Virus record (IMG/VR): IMGVR_UViG_3300038345_000144
Strand: one strand, 5' to 3'
Length of the DNA stretch: 64,000 nt
DNA from: a virus
Taxonomy: Duplodnaviria; Caudoviricetes
The notes under the pieces were generated by a model. It was not told the origin of the DNA and searched no databases. It worked only from the letters and a program-made list of their open reading frames with translations. The translations under genes and the position numbers were made by a program. Below are positions 47,009-56,405 of this stretch, piece by piece (within the stretch, counting starts at the first letter, position 1; each line of letters opens with the position of its first letter).

Positions 47009-47302
47009 TTACTTTGCAACTTCGACCTTGACAGCCTTCTTTGCAACGGGCTTCTTTGCGGGAGCCTTCTTTGCGGTCTCAAGAGTCTTAACCTTTGCAA
47101 GAGCAACCTTCTCGTTAGCCTTTGCCTTCTTGACCTTCTCTGTTGCCTTAACAACCTCTGCCTTTGCCTTTGCAAGAGCCTTCTCTGCCGCCTTTACATC
47201 AGCAGTAGCCTTCTTTGCATTAGCCTTTGCCTTTACGATAGGGTCAACCTTCTTTGCAACGGGCTTAACCTCTGTCTTCTCTGTCTTAATTTCTTTAGCC
47301 AT
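47009..47302 (-). CDS. Histone H1/HC2-like Lys/Ala-rich protein
   Basis: KPVAKK and KAKA repeats; start placed at ATG 47302 after AAAGGA RBS. Confidence 0.75.
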   Translation of the reverse strand: MAKEIKTEKTEVKPVAKKVDPIVKAKANAKKATADVKAAEKALAKAKAEVVKATEKVKKAKANEKVALAKVKTLETAKKAPAKKPVAKKAVKVEVAK

Positions 47303-47443
47303 AATTTTAATTCCTTTCGTTTTTTTAGCCAAAATTTCCTTTATAATTAAACAAGGTTATCCTTGTGTAATTAACTTATTAGATTGTGTTGGGAAAAATC
47401 ATAAACAACACAATGCGACAATTTTTTGTGTTTGTTCTTCTAA

Positions 47444-47465
47444 CATAATTAAATAGTCGTTCATT
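47444..47465 (-). promoter_or_regulatory. Element-specific motif copy 7
   Basis: AATGAACGACTATTTAATTATG. Confidence 0.7.
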
Positions 47466-47488
47466 CCTACTATTTTCAACATATAAGC

Positions 47489-47517
47489 ATTATACACACT
47501 TCATTTCTGTTTGTAAA
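47489..47517 (-). promoter_or_regulatory. sigmaA-type promoter in tandem with motif copy 7
   Basis: TTTACA-N17-TATAAT. Confidence 0.65.
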
Positions 47518-47534
47518 GCATTTTTTGAAAATTT

Positions 47535-48308
47535 TTATAGTCGTTCAAATACTTTACCAAGACTATCGTGAAATACTAAATCGGCTTTGTTATCAAAGTC
47601 AGTTTTCTGATTATTGATGATTACCAAATGTTTTCCGTGAAATAGCGGAACAAGATTATTAGCAGGAGCGACCTTTAATGATGTGCCTCCGACAATCAAC
47701 AGGTCTGCTTTCTTTACTTCATCTACGGCTGACCTAAATGCTGGTGGCAAGAACTCTCCATATAAACTTATCTTTGGTCTGATAAATGCTTTATCGTGAG
47801 GACAATACTCATTCTCTTCATTATCGCAAGCGTGACATAGCGGTATCTCATCTGGACAAGTAAAGATGTATTCAGCAGGATATTCTCTACCACAACGCCT
47901 ACAATAACATACTTGTCCTGTACCGTGTATCTCTAATACTTTTGTACTGCCTGCCTTCTGGTGTAAACCGTCAAGGTTTTGAGTTACAACGGTAAGATTG
48001 TGAGTTTTCTCTAATTCTGCAAGTTTTTTATGCGTTATATTAGGTTCTATGCCCTTCAGATTAAATTTCTGGCGATAATATTCGTAAAAGACCTTTGTAT
48101 CATCATATAAGCAATAACTACTTAACAGGTATTCTGGTTCATACTTCTCAAACTGTACTTCGTGTTGATTATATAGACCATTTTTACTTCTGAAATCTGG
48201 AACACCACTCTCGGTTGATACTCCAGCACCGCCAAAGAATACTATTTTCTGGGCTTCATCAATATACTGTTGAAGTTGCTTGATTTTCGCATTAAAAGTC
48301 TGGAACAT
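47535..48308 (-). CDS. cobB: Sir2-family NAD-dependent deacylase
   Basis: GAGVSTESGVPDFRS, TQNLDGLH, HG, CxxC..CxxC, GTSL.V.PA. Confidence 0.93.
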   Translation of the reverse strand: MFQTFNAKIKQLQQYIDEAQKIVFFGGAGVSTESGVPDFRSKNGLYNQHEVQFEKYEPEYLLSSYCLYDDTKVFYEYYRQKFNLKGIEPNITHKKLAELEKTHNLTVVTQNLDGLHQKAGSTKVLEIHGTGQVCYCRRCGREYPAEYIFTCPDEIPLCHACDNEENEYCPHDKAFIRPKISLYGEFLPPAFRSAVDEVKKADLLIVGGTSLKVAPANNLVPLFHGKHLVIINNQKTDFDNKADLVFHDSLGKVFERL

Positions 48309-48414
48309 ATAGTATTTTTCCTTTCATATAAATAAAAACCCCCATTACGAGGAATAATGTGCATAACGATTGCAGTCTCCTACAACGAACGAGAAACCTC
48401 CATATCTGGAGAAG

Positions 48415-48783
48415 TTATTTTAAGTATTTTGGTATCTGGTCATAGGCTTTCCAGAATTCTTGGACACTTATCTTACCGAATTCTTCTTTATCCAATCTGG
48501 TAAATTCATAGCCTACATTACCGTGAGGTCCGAACATATCTATTCGCTTGATACGCTGACCTTTCTTATAAATATCAATAGTAAAGTGTAATGTACCAGA
48601 CCAAATGGTTGATACTAATAAGACTTCCGTATTATGATTTTCTGCCAAAGTAATACACTTACTTCTAACAGGATTATACGGATTATCTTTAATGGTAACT
48701 TCCTCAAGATGAAGAGCCTCACGAACAGCGTCAAACACTATTCGGCTTACCTTAACCTTGTGAAGAAAACATACTCTTTCCAC
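48415..48783 (-). CDS. Hypothetical protein
   Basis: 122 aa, GTG start with RBS. Confidence 0.65.
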   Translation of the reverse strand: MERVCFLHKVKVSRIVFDAVREALHLEEVTIKDNPYNPVRSKCITLAENHNTEVLLVSTIWSGTLHFTIDIYKKGQRIKRIDMFGPHGNVGYEFTRLDKEEFGKISVQEFWKAYDQIPKYLK

Positions 48784-48814
48784 AAAAATTCCTTCCTTTG
48801 CGAATAAAAGTCAA

Positions 48815-49114
48815 TTAAGACGGCTTAACATACAAAGTGATTTTGATGTCCTCATCAGTAGAGTCATAACCACATACATCGACCTCAAGTTCATATTGCT
48901 TAAACATTTCCTTTATCTTGTAGTCTAACTCTGCGGTTATATCAAAATCTGAAATAACTATTCCTAATGACGAAATAGGGTATATTTCAAATACGGCTCG
49001 GTTAGCATCACTAATGCCCTTGTACTTCATTCGTACACCTGTTTTATCTCGCCACATTTCCTTGTTAAATTCACCCTCTATCTCTTTGAGGGGGTATGTC
49101 TGTAAATCTTTCAT
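48815..49114 (-). CDS. Hypothetical protein
   Basis: 99 aa, AAGGAG RBS. Confidence 0.7.
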   Translation of the reverse strand: MKDLQTYPLKEIEGEFNKEMWRDKTGVRMKYKGISDANRAVFEIYPISSLGIVISDFDITAELDYKIKEMFKQYELEVDVCGYDSTDEDIKITLYVKPS

Positions 49115-49147
49115 AGTGAACTCCTTAAATCAATATAAACCCACAAA

Positions 49148-49600
49148 TTACTTCTGGTCACGGAGAACAGTTACTCCGTCCAGTTTAGTTATAGTAACTT
49201 CGGTGCGTGGGTTTTGCTTGTCATACGCCACATAACTGCCGTCTGTGGAATATATAAAATTGCAGTTATCATCTTTAACACAACCATACTTTTTTAAGAT
49301 GTCGTGTAAAGCCTGATGTAAGTTGGTAATATCAACCGCCCTGCGTGTTTCCATATAGAAAACTGCCTTAACATTAACAGGATAATCAATATTTTCAGCA
49401 GGAATATACTTCTTACAAGCCCTCTCATATTTCTGATACTGTGGGCTTGGCACGATATATAGTGTTACAGGAATTGAGGCTCCGTTCTTGCCTTTGACAT
49501 AAATGACTTGTCCTCTACCAGTATGTCTTCCCGTCTTTGCTATAATCTGTGAGTGGTTCTTTTTGGTTACAGGGCAAACAGGAATGGTAAATTCAATCAT
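49148..49600 (-). CDS. rusA: RusA-family Holliday junction resolvase
   Basis: P.TKKN, D.TNL..AL.D.L....DDN, PRTEV.I. Confidence 0.8.
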   Translation of the reverse strand: MIEFTIPVCPVTKKNHSQIIAKTGRHTGRGQVIYVKGKNGASIPVTLYIVPSPQYQKYERACKKYIPAENIDYPVNVKAVFYMETRRAVDITNLHQALHDILKKYGCVKDDNCNFIYSTDGSYVAYDKQNPRTEVTITKLDGVTVLRDQK

Positions 49601-49917
49601 TACTCGTCTCCTTTTGCGTTAGCCTCTTTCTTGGCATTTGCCTTTGCCAAATTACGCCTTGACTGTTCCTTCTGTTCCTCGGTCAAATGAACAGGCGTTC
49701 TATACGAAATGAGTTTCTTGGAAAATCTATATGTAGCCGACCATTCATCACGCTTAATGCACTTATAGTCATCAGGGAACTTGGCACACTTTTCGTCCAA
49801 CTTTCTCATTTCAACAGGGTCAGCAGTATAGACCTCTGCCATCTTCTCGGCGTTATTATAGTTTGCTATTGTTTCCATTTCCAATTTAGAGAATGGATTT
49901 CTTTCTGTCTTTTCCAT
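49600..49917 (-). CDS. Clostridial-type hypothetical protein
   Basis: ETI.NYN.AE..A.VYT...Y.F.K..I..R.P..LTEEQ; TAATG coupling to rusA. Confidence 0.7.
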   Translation of the reverse strand: MEKTERNPFSKLEMETIANYNNAEKMAEVYTADPVEMRKLDEKCAKFPDDYKCIKRDEWSATYRFSKKLISYRTPVHLTEEQKEQSRRNLAKANAKKEANAKGDE

Positions 49918-49948
49918 AATTGTTCCTTTCCGTACTCCTCGTACCCGT

Positions 49949-49977
49949 AGTATAACAACTACCTTATTACTTGTAAA
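49949..49977 (-). promoter_or_regulatory. sigmaA-type promoter
   Basis: TTTACA-N17-(TGt)TATACT. Confidence 0.6.
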
Positions 49978-49985
49978 GTTATATA

Positions 49986-50023
49986 AAAGAAGACCAAGCC
50001 CAACGCAGGGTTGAACTTGGTTT
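49986..50023 (-). terminator. Terminator ending the small-gene array
   Basis: ACCAAG...CTTGGT hairpin followed by T-rich tract. Confidence 0.6.
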
Positions 50024-50045
50024 GATTATTCTAAATAAATTCCAT

Positions 50046-50339
50046 TCAACAACCCTTCTTGGGGTCAAACTTTATCTTAACAATTCGATATAATGTTATA
50101 CCCTGTTTCTCAAGATAAATGTTACCAGCACAATAACCTACAACTTGATGAAGGCTATCATACTGTGCGTCGTCAATCTCAAAATACTTTGGACGACCTT
50201 TGCTTCGGTAAACAACCACATATTTATGTTGCTGTCTATCTGGTGCAATCTCATCAGTTTCTACGAACTCAATTTTCACAAAGTCCATATCTACATCATA
50301 GAAGCCATACTCGTTACCGTAGTAGTAATAATCTTCCAT
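50046..50339 (-). CDS. Hypothetical protein
   Basis: 97 aa, AAGGAG RBS. Confidence 0.7.
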   Translation of the reverse strand: MEDYYYYGNEYGFYDVDMDFVKIEFVETDEIAPDRQQHKYVVVYRSKGRPKYFEIDDAQYDSLHQVVGYCAGNIYLEKQGITLYRIVKIKFDPKKGC

Positions 50340-50351
50340 AGTGTTTCTCCT

Positions 50352-50825
50352 TTACCACTGGTTCATAAACTCATCGGGAGTCTGAATACTCATTGAGTAA
50401 CTGTCTTCTTTACCTGTCTTGGTCTGATACCTCTTAATAATATCAAGCAAAGTCTCCAACTCTTCTAACTTGAGAGGAATTGTTCTGAATTGATACTCAA
50501 AGAGTAAGTAGTATCTATTTGACTCGTTCTTGACTTGCTGACAACTCTTTTCCTCTGCCTTAACAAAATCACTTAACTCGGACATAAGACTTGTCTTGAG
50601 CCTGATAACTTCATCAAACATTTCTCTGTTACGAGCCGACCATACAGAGCCTCCCTCTTGGCAGTCGGTCCAGCAGTTCCTTATCTTATCCCATTGAAAG
50701 TTGTGTAAGACATCAAGGGAAATTGTAAAATTGATAACATACTCAATCTCGCTATTCTCGGAAATGTAGTTCTTGAATAACGATGGAGAACAGTTTGTTA
50801 TCGTTCCTGAATATGTTTGAAACAT
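50352..50825 (-). CDS. Hypothetical protein, paralog of 50841-51341
   Basis: WDK..N.WTDC..G...W..RN..F shared. Confidence 0.75.
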   Translation of the reverse strand: MFQTYSGTITNCSPSLFKNYISENSEIEYVINFTISLDVLHNFQWDKIRNCWTDCQEGGSVWSARNREMFDEVIRLKTSLMSELSDFVKAEEKSCQQVKNESNRYYLLFEYQFRTIPLKLEELETLLDIIKRYQTKTGKEDSYSMSIQTPDEFMNQW

Positions 50826-50840
50826 AGTGCTTTTTCTCCT

Positions 50841-51341
50841 TTATCTTAAATATATTTCGGGAGTACCAATATACAAATGATGTTGGTAATCGTGTTTCTC
50901 ATCTGCTAAATCTCTTGGGGTGAGTGTATCTCGGCTATCATATAACTTCAAAGTCCTGCATAACTCGTTCAATAACTCATCTACGGTAATTGGACGGGTT
51001 CTGAAGCAATAGTTTATACTAACCCAATATACATTAGAGTCGGTATGAACTTCTTGTTGGTCTTTTATCTCTGTTTTTACCCAACCCTCGATGTCATTCC
51101 AAAATTGTTGCTTTTGCTTCATAGCCTCTCGGAAAAACTTACTGTTTCGGTTTCTCCAAGTATCGCTACCCAACTCGCAATCAGTCCAACTGTTCTTTTT
51201 CTTGTCCCACTTATAATCATTAGGTACAGGAAGATTTAGAAATATGTGTATTTCATATTCTCTTTCTTCTTCTCTTGGAATGTAGTTATTAAAGTAACAA
51301 ATATCTACACTTTTAATACTACCTTGATAAGTACAATACAT
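50841..51341 (-). CDS. Hypothetical protein, paralog of 50352-50825
   Basis: Start moved to ATG 51341 after GGAGGAG RBS. Confidence 0.75.
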   Translation of the reverse strand: MYCTYQGSIKSVDICYFNNYIPREEEREYEIHIFLNLPVPNDYKWDKKKNSWTDCELGSDTWRNRNSKFFREAMKQKQQFWNDIEGWVKTEIKDQQEVHTDSNVYWVSINYCFRTRPITVDELLNELCRTLKLYDSRDTLTPRDLADEKHDYQHHLYIGTPEIYLR

Positions 51342-51355
51342 ACAGGGTCTCCTCC

Positions 51356-51940
51356 TTAACAATGGAAATCAAGCACATAGAAGAAACGAGTACGGTTAGA
51401 TTTATCCAACTCTGCCCTACGCTGTTGTTCAACTTCTTTTTGTAGAGCGTCTATCTTTGCCCTAATCTTTTTCATTTGCTTGTCATAGTATTCTTTTACT
51501 GAAGTAGAAACCATCCAGTTACGACATACAGGACAATATAACTTGTATTGCAAAGCGATTTCCTTCTTATAACGGGACTCACACTTATCACAACTACAAG
51601 TAGCAGATGTTCTCTCTTTGAACTTCTCAATACACTTTGCTCTATAATCTTGTTCCCACTCACGCTCTTCTTGTTCACGGTCTTGCAGTTTCTTTATATT
51701 TTTCTGAAGACTTTTTGAAGGCTCTGTGGTTTTAACCTTACAGATACCACCCTCACCATATCCTCTGCTTAAGAACTCATATGCTTCGTCTTCAGTGGTA
51801 AATGTCTTATCATAATAGGTAAAATCGCCGCCGTAATCGTAATAATCGCTGTTTAATTTACGGTCAACTATGTCCTCCACTTCTGAAATTGCTTGTTCTT
51901 TAGTTTTAGCATCTAAAAATCCACTTGATATTTCGTGCAT
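51356..51940 (-). CDS. Coiled-coil protein with Zn-ribbon insert
   Basis: CDKC...CPVC between helices. Confidence 0.7.
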   Translation of the reverse strand: MHEISSGFLDAKTKEQAISEVEDIVDRKLNSDYYDYGGDFTYYDKTFTTEDEAYEFLSRGYGEGGICKVKTTEPSKSLQKNIKKLQDREQEEREWEQDYRAKCIEKFKERTSATCSCDKCESRYKKEIALQYKLYCPVCRNWMVSTSVKEYYDKQMKKIRAKIDALQKEVEQQRRAELDKSNRTRFFYVLDFHC

Positions 51941-51952
51941 AATAGTTCTCCT

Positions 51953-52135
51953 TTAATCTTCTTCTCTCTCAAGCCTATAAATTGCCATATCTATGAATTC
52001 CTTATGCCCCTCTACGCAGTCATATACCCATTCATTACTGACGGTATCACAACAGCCTAAAGTACCATAAGTCTTGGCACATCGCTCGCAATCCTTATAG
52101 AGTTCCTTCGGAATTTTCTCTGGTTTATAAGACAT
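51953..52135 (-). CDS. Small Cys-rich protein
   Basis: 60 aa, CxxC..CC..C..H, RBS. Confidence 0.65.
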   Translation of the reverse strand: MSYKPEKIPKELYKDCERCAKTYGTLGCCDTVSNEWVYDCVEGHKEFIDMAIYRLEREED

Positions 52136-52146
52136 AGCCTTCTCCT

Positions 52147-52491
52147 TTAGATGTATTGATAATCAATGTGTAATTGTAACATTAGATGAACTGTCATCAT
52201 TTTACCGATATTAGGGTCTGCCCAATGAATTGTGGCTTTTCCATCATCAAAAGACCAATCACAATCCTTTGTCAAAAGATTGATATAAAATGTCGGCTCA
52301 TCTCGAACAGCATCCGCTACTTCCTTTACAAGACTAAAGAAATCCTCTTCGGAATAGCAATCTTTTGTTTGAAAATACTGACAATTTGCATTTTGGATAG
52401 ACACTCTGGCAAAATAATACAATTTTGAGTTGGTATTTTGTATTCCTTTATTACCTGCTTTAAGCATTTCAAAACAATCGCCTATGTGCAT
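52147..52491 (-). CDS. Hypothetical protein, paralog of 52956-53288
   Basis: DW.F..G...IHW..P shared. Confidence 0.7.
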   Translation of the reverse strand: MHIGDCFEMLKAGNKGIQNTNSKLYYFARVSIQNANCQYFQTKDCYSEEDFFSLVKEVADAVRDEPTFYINLLTKDCDWSFDDGKATIHWADPNIGKMMTVHLMLQLHIDYQYI

Positions 52492-52503
52492 AATGGTTCT
52501 CCT

Positions 52504-52713
52504 TTACCAATATATTGTAAAATCTTCATTTACGCCAACAACTTTAGCGTCTGGGTCAATAGAATGAATTATCTCCTCTAAATTATGCCAACCAATGTCA
52601 TTGTTCTCTTTCTTGGCATCAATAACCTTTTGAAAGTCTTTGGTTTCTTTATCTGAAATAACGATGGCAAGTACATTACCCCATTCATCACAATCTCTCA
52701 ATAAATGATACAT
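52504..52713 (-). CDS. Hypothetical protein
   Basis: 69 aa, RBS. Confidence 0.65.
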   Translation of the reverse strand: MYHLLRDCDEWGNVLAIVISDKETKDFQKVIDAKKENNDIGWHNLEEIIHSIDPDAKVVGVNEDFTIYW

Positions 52714-52722
52714 AGGTACTCC

Positions 52723-52941
52723 TTATCCGAGAATAATGTGCTTTTCAGGGGCTAACTCTTCACCGTGGTCGCCTTCAAAATCTTCAGCGTTCTGTGATGT
52801 GAGTTCGGTAAATCCATAATATAAACCGTGATACCCATTACCCTCATCATCTCTGGAAATGTAAATCTGTCTATTTCCATAACCCTTGCTTATTTCTTCA
52901 CTACATAATTCCATAAGTTCTTTTACAGTAATAACAGCCAT
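52723..52941 (-). CDS. Phage-type small protein
   Basis: 72 aa, S.D.EGN.Y motif, RBS. Confidence 0.7.
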   Translation of the reverse strand: MAVITVKELMELCSEEISKGYGNRQIYISRDDEGNGYHGLYYGFTELTSQNAEDFEGDHGEELAPEKHIILG

Positions 52942-52955
52942 AATATTCTCCTCTC

Positions 52956-53288
52956 TTATTTATACGAAGTTACTAAAAAGCGTACATATACCAAAGGGAG
53001 CATTTCGTCTGCTGGGTTAGTCCAATGAATAACTCCAATACCGCCTGTAAACTCCCAATCATCTTCTTCACAATGCCTAATAATATCATCGGCTCTTGTG
53101 TCGTACATATCCTTAATGTAAGAGTAAAAACCCTCTTTGGTTGTGCAGAGTGCTTTATCGCTAACTTGTCTTGCATCATCCTCTGAAAAGAAAGATAATG
53201 CTACTTCAAAAATACACTGGCTAATATCCAGTTTGGCTCCTGCTTCATTATAAGCAGTTAAAGCGTTAAAAACCTCATCAATTTTCAT
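52956..53288 (-). CDS. Hypothetical protein, paralog of 52147-52491
   Basis: 110 aa, RBS. Confidence 0.7.
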   Translation of the reverse strand: MKIDEVFNALTAYNEAGAKLDISQCIFEVALSFFSEDDARQVSDKALCTTKEGFYSYIKDMYDTRADDIIRHCEEDDWEFTGGIGVIHWTNPADEMLPLVYVRFLVTSYK

Positions 53289-53312
53289 AACCTATTCTCC
53301 TCTCAATAGGCT

Positions 53313-53861
53313 TTAGATAATCAATAAGCCTGCGTAAGTACCATCTTCCTTACCAGTAGAGGTAACGATGTAAGTACCGCTTGAAAGATTTTCTATTCTT
53401 TCGTTCTTATCAACATACTTATACTTTGGAAGTCTTGCAGGAATAACCGCCTTCTTCTCTCCCTTTGCCAAGAGGTGTACGAAGGTGTCCTTATCGAGCA
53501 AATAAATACCTGTCTTTGTAGCAATAGGCACAATAGGATATTTGTCGATAGAAGCCAGCATATTCTTCAACTGCTCGGTCTCCTTGACAGGTGTTACTTT
53601 CTTCATCTCGTCCTTAACACAATGAGCCTTCTTTCTGATTTCAAGCGTAATGCCGTTTAAGAACTTAATCTGTGCATCGCTCGGCGTAAGGAAGTTAGTG
53701 TCATTATGGGACATATAGTTTCTCATAATTCTACATACCTTCAACTGCTCCTGTGTTGTACCGTTCAGACTATTCTCATAGTCCAGTACCGACTGATTTG
53801 AATACTTCAATTCTGCCTCTAATTCCTTGTAGGCATCCAAAAACTTATCTGTTAAATTCAT
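53313..53861 (-). CDS. HEPN + CBS-like domain protein
   Basis: FL..Y..LE..L...RNYMSH (Rx4H), then V.D.M..V...YPIVPI. Confidence 0.6.
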   Translation of the reverse strand: MNLTDKFLDAYKELEAELKYSNQSVLDYENSLNGTTQEQLKVCRIMRNYMSHNDTNFLTPSDAQIKFLNGITLEIRKKAHCVKDEMKKVTPVKETEQLKNMLASIDKYPIVPIATKTGIYLLDKDTFVHLLAKGEKKAVIPARLPKYKYVDKNERIENLSSGTYIVTSTGKEDGTYAGLLII

Positions 53862-53886
53862 AGTTTATAGTTCCCTTCTATAATTA

Positions 53887-54186
53887 TTAAATAAATTCAC
53901 TATCGAATTCTTCTTCAAGTTGTCTGACAAAATCATTCAACTTTTTAGGTGTTTGTATATCAGGGAGAATTTCTCCCCAGTAACCATTGTTAAAACAACC
54001 CAACCAAAATTCATTTATCAGGTGCTTAATATAATGCTCGGCTTTCTCCAATGTCTTTACATCAGAGTCTAAAAGATAACCGCTATAAATACACTTTTGT
54101 CTACGCTGTGCCATATAATAATCACCCATAGAAATATCGTGTATCAGTTCTACATCAAAGCCCTTGTAAGTAAATCTTGTTTTCAT
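53887..54186 (-). CDS. Hypothetical protein
   Basis: 99 aa, RBS. Confidence 0.65.
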   Translation of the reverse strand: MKTRFTYKGFDVELIHDISMGDYYMAQRRQKCIYSGYLLDSDVKTLEKAEHYIKHLINEFWLGCFNNGYWGEILPDIQTPKKLNDFVRQLEEEFDSEFI

Positions 54187-54200
54187 AGATTGTCCCCCTT

Positions 54201-54479
54201 TTAATAAATTACTCTTAAAGTGTCATATTGACTTTTATGAACTGCGTTTTGTAATGTAGGGAAATATACCCCTTCGTACTGTAACTGATAGGTTACATAA
54301 GGTATGCGGTCTTTCATAAAATACGAAGTATCAAGTATTCGATAAACTTCTCCCTTATGTCCTGACCACCTCTGGTCCAGTTTAACGAGTTCCCCAACTT
54401 CAAAAGGTTTATTATCTGGGGTGTGTTTTTCTCCCTTTTTTAAGGGGTGTAATTTAAGTGTTATATAAAACAATATCAA
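54201..54479 (-). CDS. Hypothetical protein (SH3-like barrel possible)
   Basis: 92 aa, FEVGELV...G.V..I pattern. Confidence 0.6.
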   Translation of the reverse strand: MILFYITLKLHPLKKGEKHTPDNKPFEVGELVKLDQRWSGHKGEVYRILDTSYFMKDRIPYVTYQLQYEGVYFPTLQNAVHKSQYDTLRVIY

Positions 54480-54943
54480 TTACCTCCTTGTGGTACATCA
54501 ATTTTTATAATGAAGTGATATTGACCCATTATTCGACAATCTTCCTTGTCTCTAATACGGTCATAGGTTTCAATGCCATATCTGAAATTTCGTTCAACTG
54601 GCGTTAATCCCATAGAGGTAATCTTTTCTTCTAAAGCCTCTGCAAATTTGTCCATCATTGAAATCTGCTCTTCTTTTTTCTTTCCCACCAATGAAACCGC
54701 AGGTGTATCAAAGAAGCCATAGTCTATGCAGACATACCACTGTGCAGTTGCATTATCAATGTAGTAGTTGACCTTTATATAAAAGGTGTCCCTACCACCT
54801 GATAGTGCTTTTTCTGCTCGCTCCATACAAATAGACTCAAACTTGGGTGAGTTTAATCTACTTCTAAATGTAGCAACAGCATTATGTAGAGCGTCAATCT
54901 GCTGTTGTTTTATTGCTTGTAATTTACCTAAATCAAAGCCCAT
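54476..54943 (-). CDS. Hypothetical protein
   Basis: 155 aa. Confidence 0.7.
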   Translation of the reverse strand: MGFDLGKLQAIKQQQIDALHNAVATFRSRLNSPKFESICMERAEKALSGGRDTFYIKVNYYIDNATAQWYVCIDYGFFDTPAVSLVGKKKEEQISMMDKFAEALEEKITSMGLTPVERNFRYGIETYDRIRDKEDCRIMGQYHFIIKIDVPQGGN

Positions 54944-54952
54944 AATTTAACC

Positions 54953-55504
54953 TCAATCACCAAAGAATTTCTTAAGTTCTTCCGTGGTCGGGAGTTCAGA
55001 GTCTTCGTTCTCATCAATAGGTTCACCATTTTCGTCATATTCAGGAATGTCCCAACTACTACCGATAGTTGTGGCTCCGTTAAAACTCATTGACTCACCA
55101 AAACCCTGTTCTTCTTCCCAGTAAAAGATAAACGGCTTACCTAAACTGGCTAACTTGTCAATCCACGGCATCGGAGGCGACCAAGCGGTATCAAAAGTAA
55201 GAATGATGTAACCATCTTCTTCTCTTTGGGCGGTATCAAAACCTCCCCACTTTGTTCCCCAAAAATCACAATGCCATTTATACCAATTAAACCACGGTTT
55301 GCCCTCACTATGGTCTAAAGCGTTTACACTACGACCATTCTCATCAACAGAGTCGAGATACTCTTCACCATAGTCGGCACGGCACTTTTCTTCGGTTTCT
55401 GGTTCAGGAATAAGAATGTTGAAATCTATGTTTCCTTCGCCATCAAGCATTTTAGCAAGCAAGTCCTTGCGACAAATAATAGTATTTGTTACATAATTCG
55501 GCAT
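54953..55504 (-). CDS. YubB/DUF1281 (Api92-like) ferredoxin-like plasmid protein
   Basis: MPN...N, IDFN.LIP.P, WY.W....WGTKW, FDTAWSPP. Confidence 0.8.
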   Translation of the reverse strand: MPNYVTNTIICRKDLLAKMLDGEGNIDFNILIPEPETEEKCRADYGEEYLDSVDENGRSVNALDHSEGKPWFNWYKWHCDFWGTKWGGFDTAQREEDGYIILTFDTAWSPPMPWIDKLASLGKPFIFYWEEEQGFGESMSFNGATTIGSSWDIPEYDENGEPIDENEDSELPTTEELKKFFGD

Positions 55505-55516
55505 ACTATATCTCCT

Positions 55517-56011
55517 TTACTTTTGAAATTCGTTATGAATGTTCTCGATGGTCTTACTTGCGTCATACATCAAGTAGAACTTTGAGACTTCAGCAGTGTC
55601 CTTTGCAGAAAACTTAACGAAGATTTCTCCGTTAATAAACGCTACACCGTCATCAACTTCAGGTACAGCAAACTGTGAAAAATCAATTAAGTCCTCAAAC
55701 TGATGAGCAAACTTATTGATGTTTTCAATAGCCAAGTTCATTTCAGAAGCAGGTACTTGGTTCAAATCCAGCGTAATATCCAGTACACCTCTGGCAGGGG
55801 ACGGATATACAGCCACAAGGGGATAAGGAGGCTTACAACTACCATTCAATATCTCATTTGTTTGCTCAAGTATGTAATCATAGATGGTCTGAAGAAAAGC
55901 ATCCCAATCCTGACCAACACCTCTTTTAGCAAAGTAATACTCTGCCTCTTTTAGCCACTTAATCTCAAAAATAACGGATGTTCCTAACGGATTAAATCTT
56001 TCAACTGCCAT
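55517..56011 (-). CDS. Hypothetical protein
   Basis: Start moved to ATG 56011 (MAVERF) after AAGGAG RBS. Confidence 0.7.
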   Translation of the reverse strand: MAVERFNPLGTSVIFEIKWLKEAEYYFAKRGVGQDWDAFLQTIYDYILEQTNEILNGSCKPPYPLVAVYPSPARGVLDITLDLNQVPASEMNLAIENINKFAHQFEDLIDFSQFAVPEVDDGVAFINGEIFVKFSAKDTAEVSKFYLMYDASKTIENIHNEFQK

Positions 56012-56024
56012 ACTATATTCTCCT

Positions 56025-56405
56025 TTATACTTTTCTAAACCAAAGTAACCAAATTCGATAACCGTTGTAGACATTACAACCCTCTTCAATGCCTGTCATT
56101 CTGACCTTATAGCCAAACAACTCACTTAAAAAGTTTGAAAGCACTTCAGGGTCATAATAGGAATAATCATCACCCTTGTCTAAATACTTCGGCTTTACTT
56201 CATCATAATTAGCATAATTTCGTAATCTATCGGAATAAGCCCAACCATCGCTCTCTGACCAATCTCCACTATCCCAAACAGCATATAGGTCATAAGAATA
56301 CGGATATTTTTCAATAGGGTATTTTTGTGGGTCTCCATTAAGTCTAAAACGGTGAATAACACCATCCTCATCCTCTGTCATATATTCTCTTCTCAAGTTA
56401 ATCAC
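56025..56405 (-). CDS. Hypothetical protein, tandem paralog of 56402-56800
   Basis: YPYSY...YSDRLR...FLSELFGYK...GIE.GCNV.NG. Confidence 0.8.
   Translation of the reverse strand: MINLRREYMTEDEDGVIHRFRLNGDPQKYPIEKYPYSYDLYAVWDSGDWSESDGWAYSDRLRNYANYDEVKPKYLDKGDDYSYYDPEVLSNFLSELFGYKVRMTGIEEGCNVYNGYRIWLLWFRKV

Noticed and set aside
47535-48308. Sir2 as a Thoeris/DSR-type defence NADase
   Set aside because: Complete CobB-like deacylase with Zn-binding domain and no TIR, HerA or pAgo partner
48360-48385. GACTGCAATC resembling a tRNA-Cys anticodon arm
   Set aside because: No T-loop, D-arm or acceptor stem in correct positions
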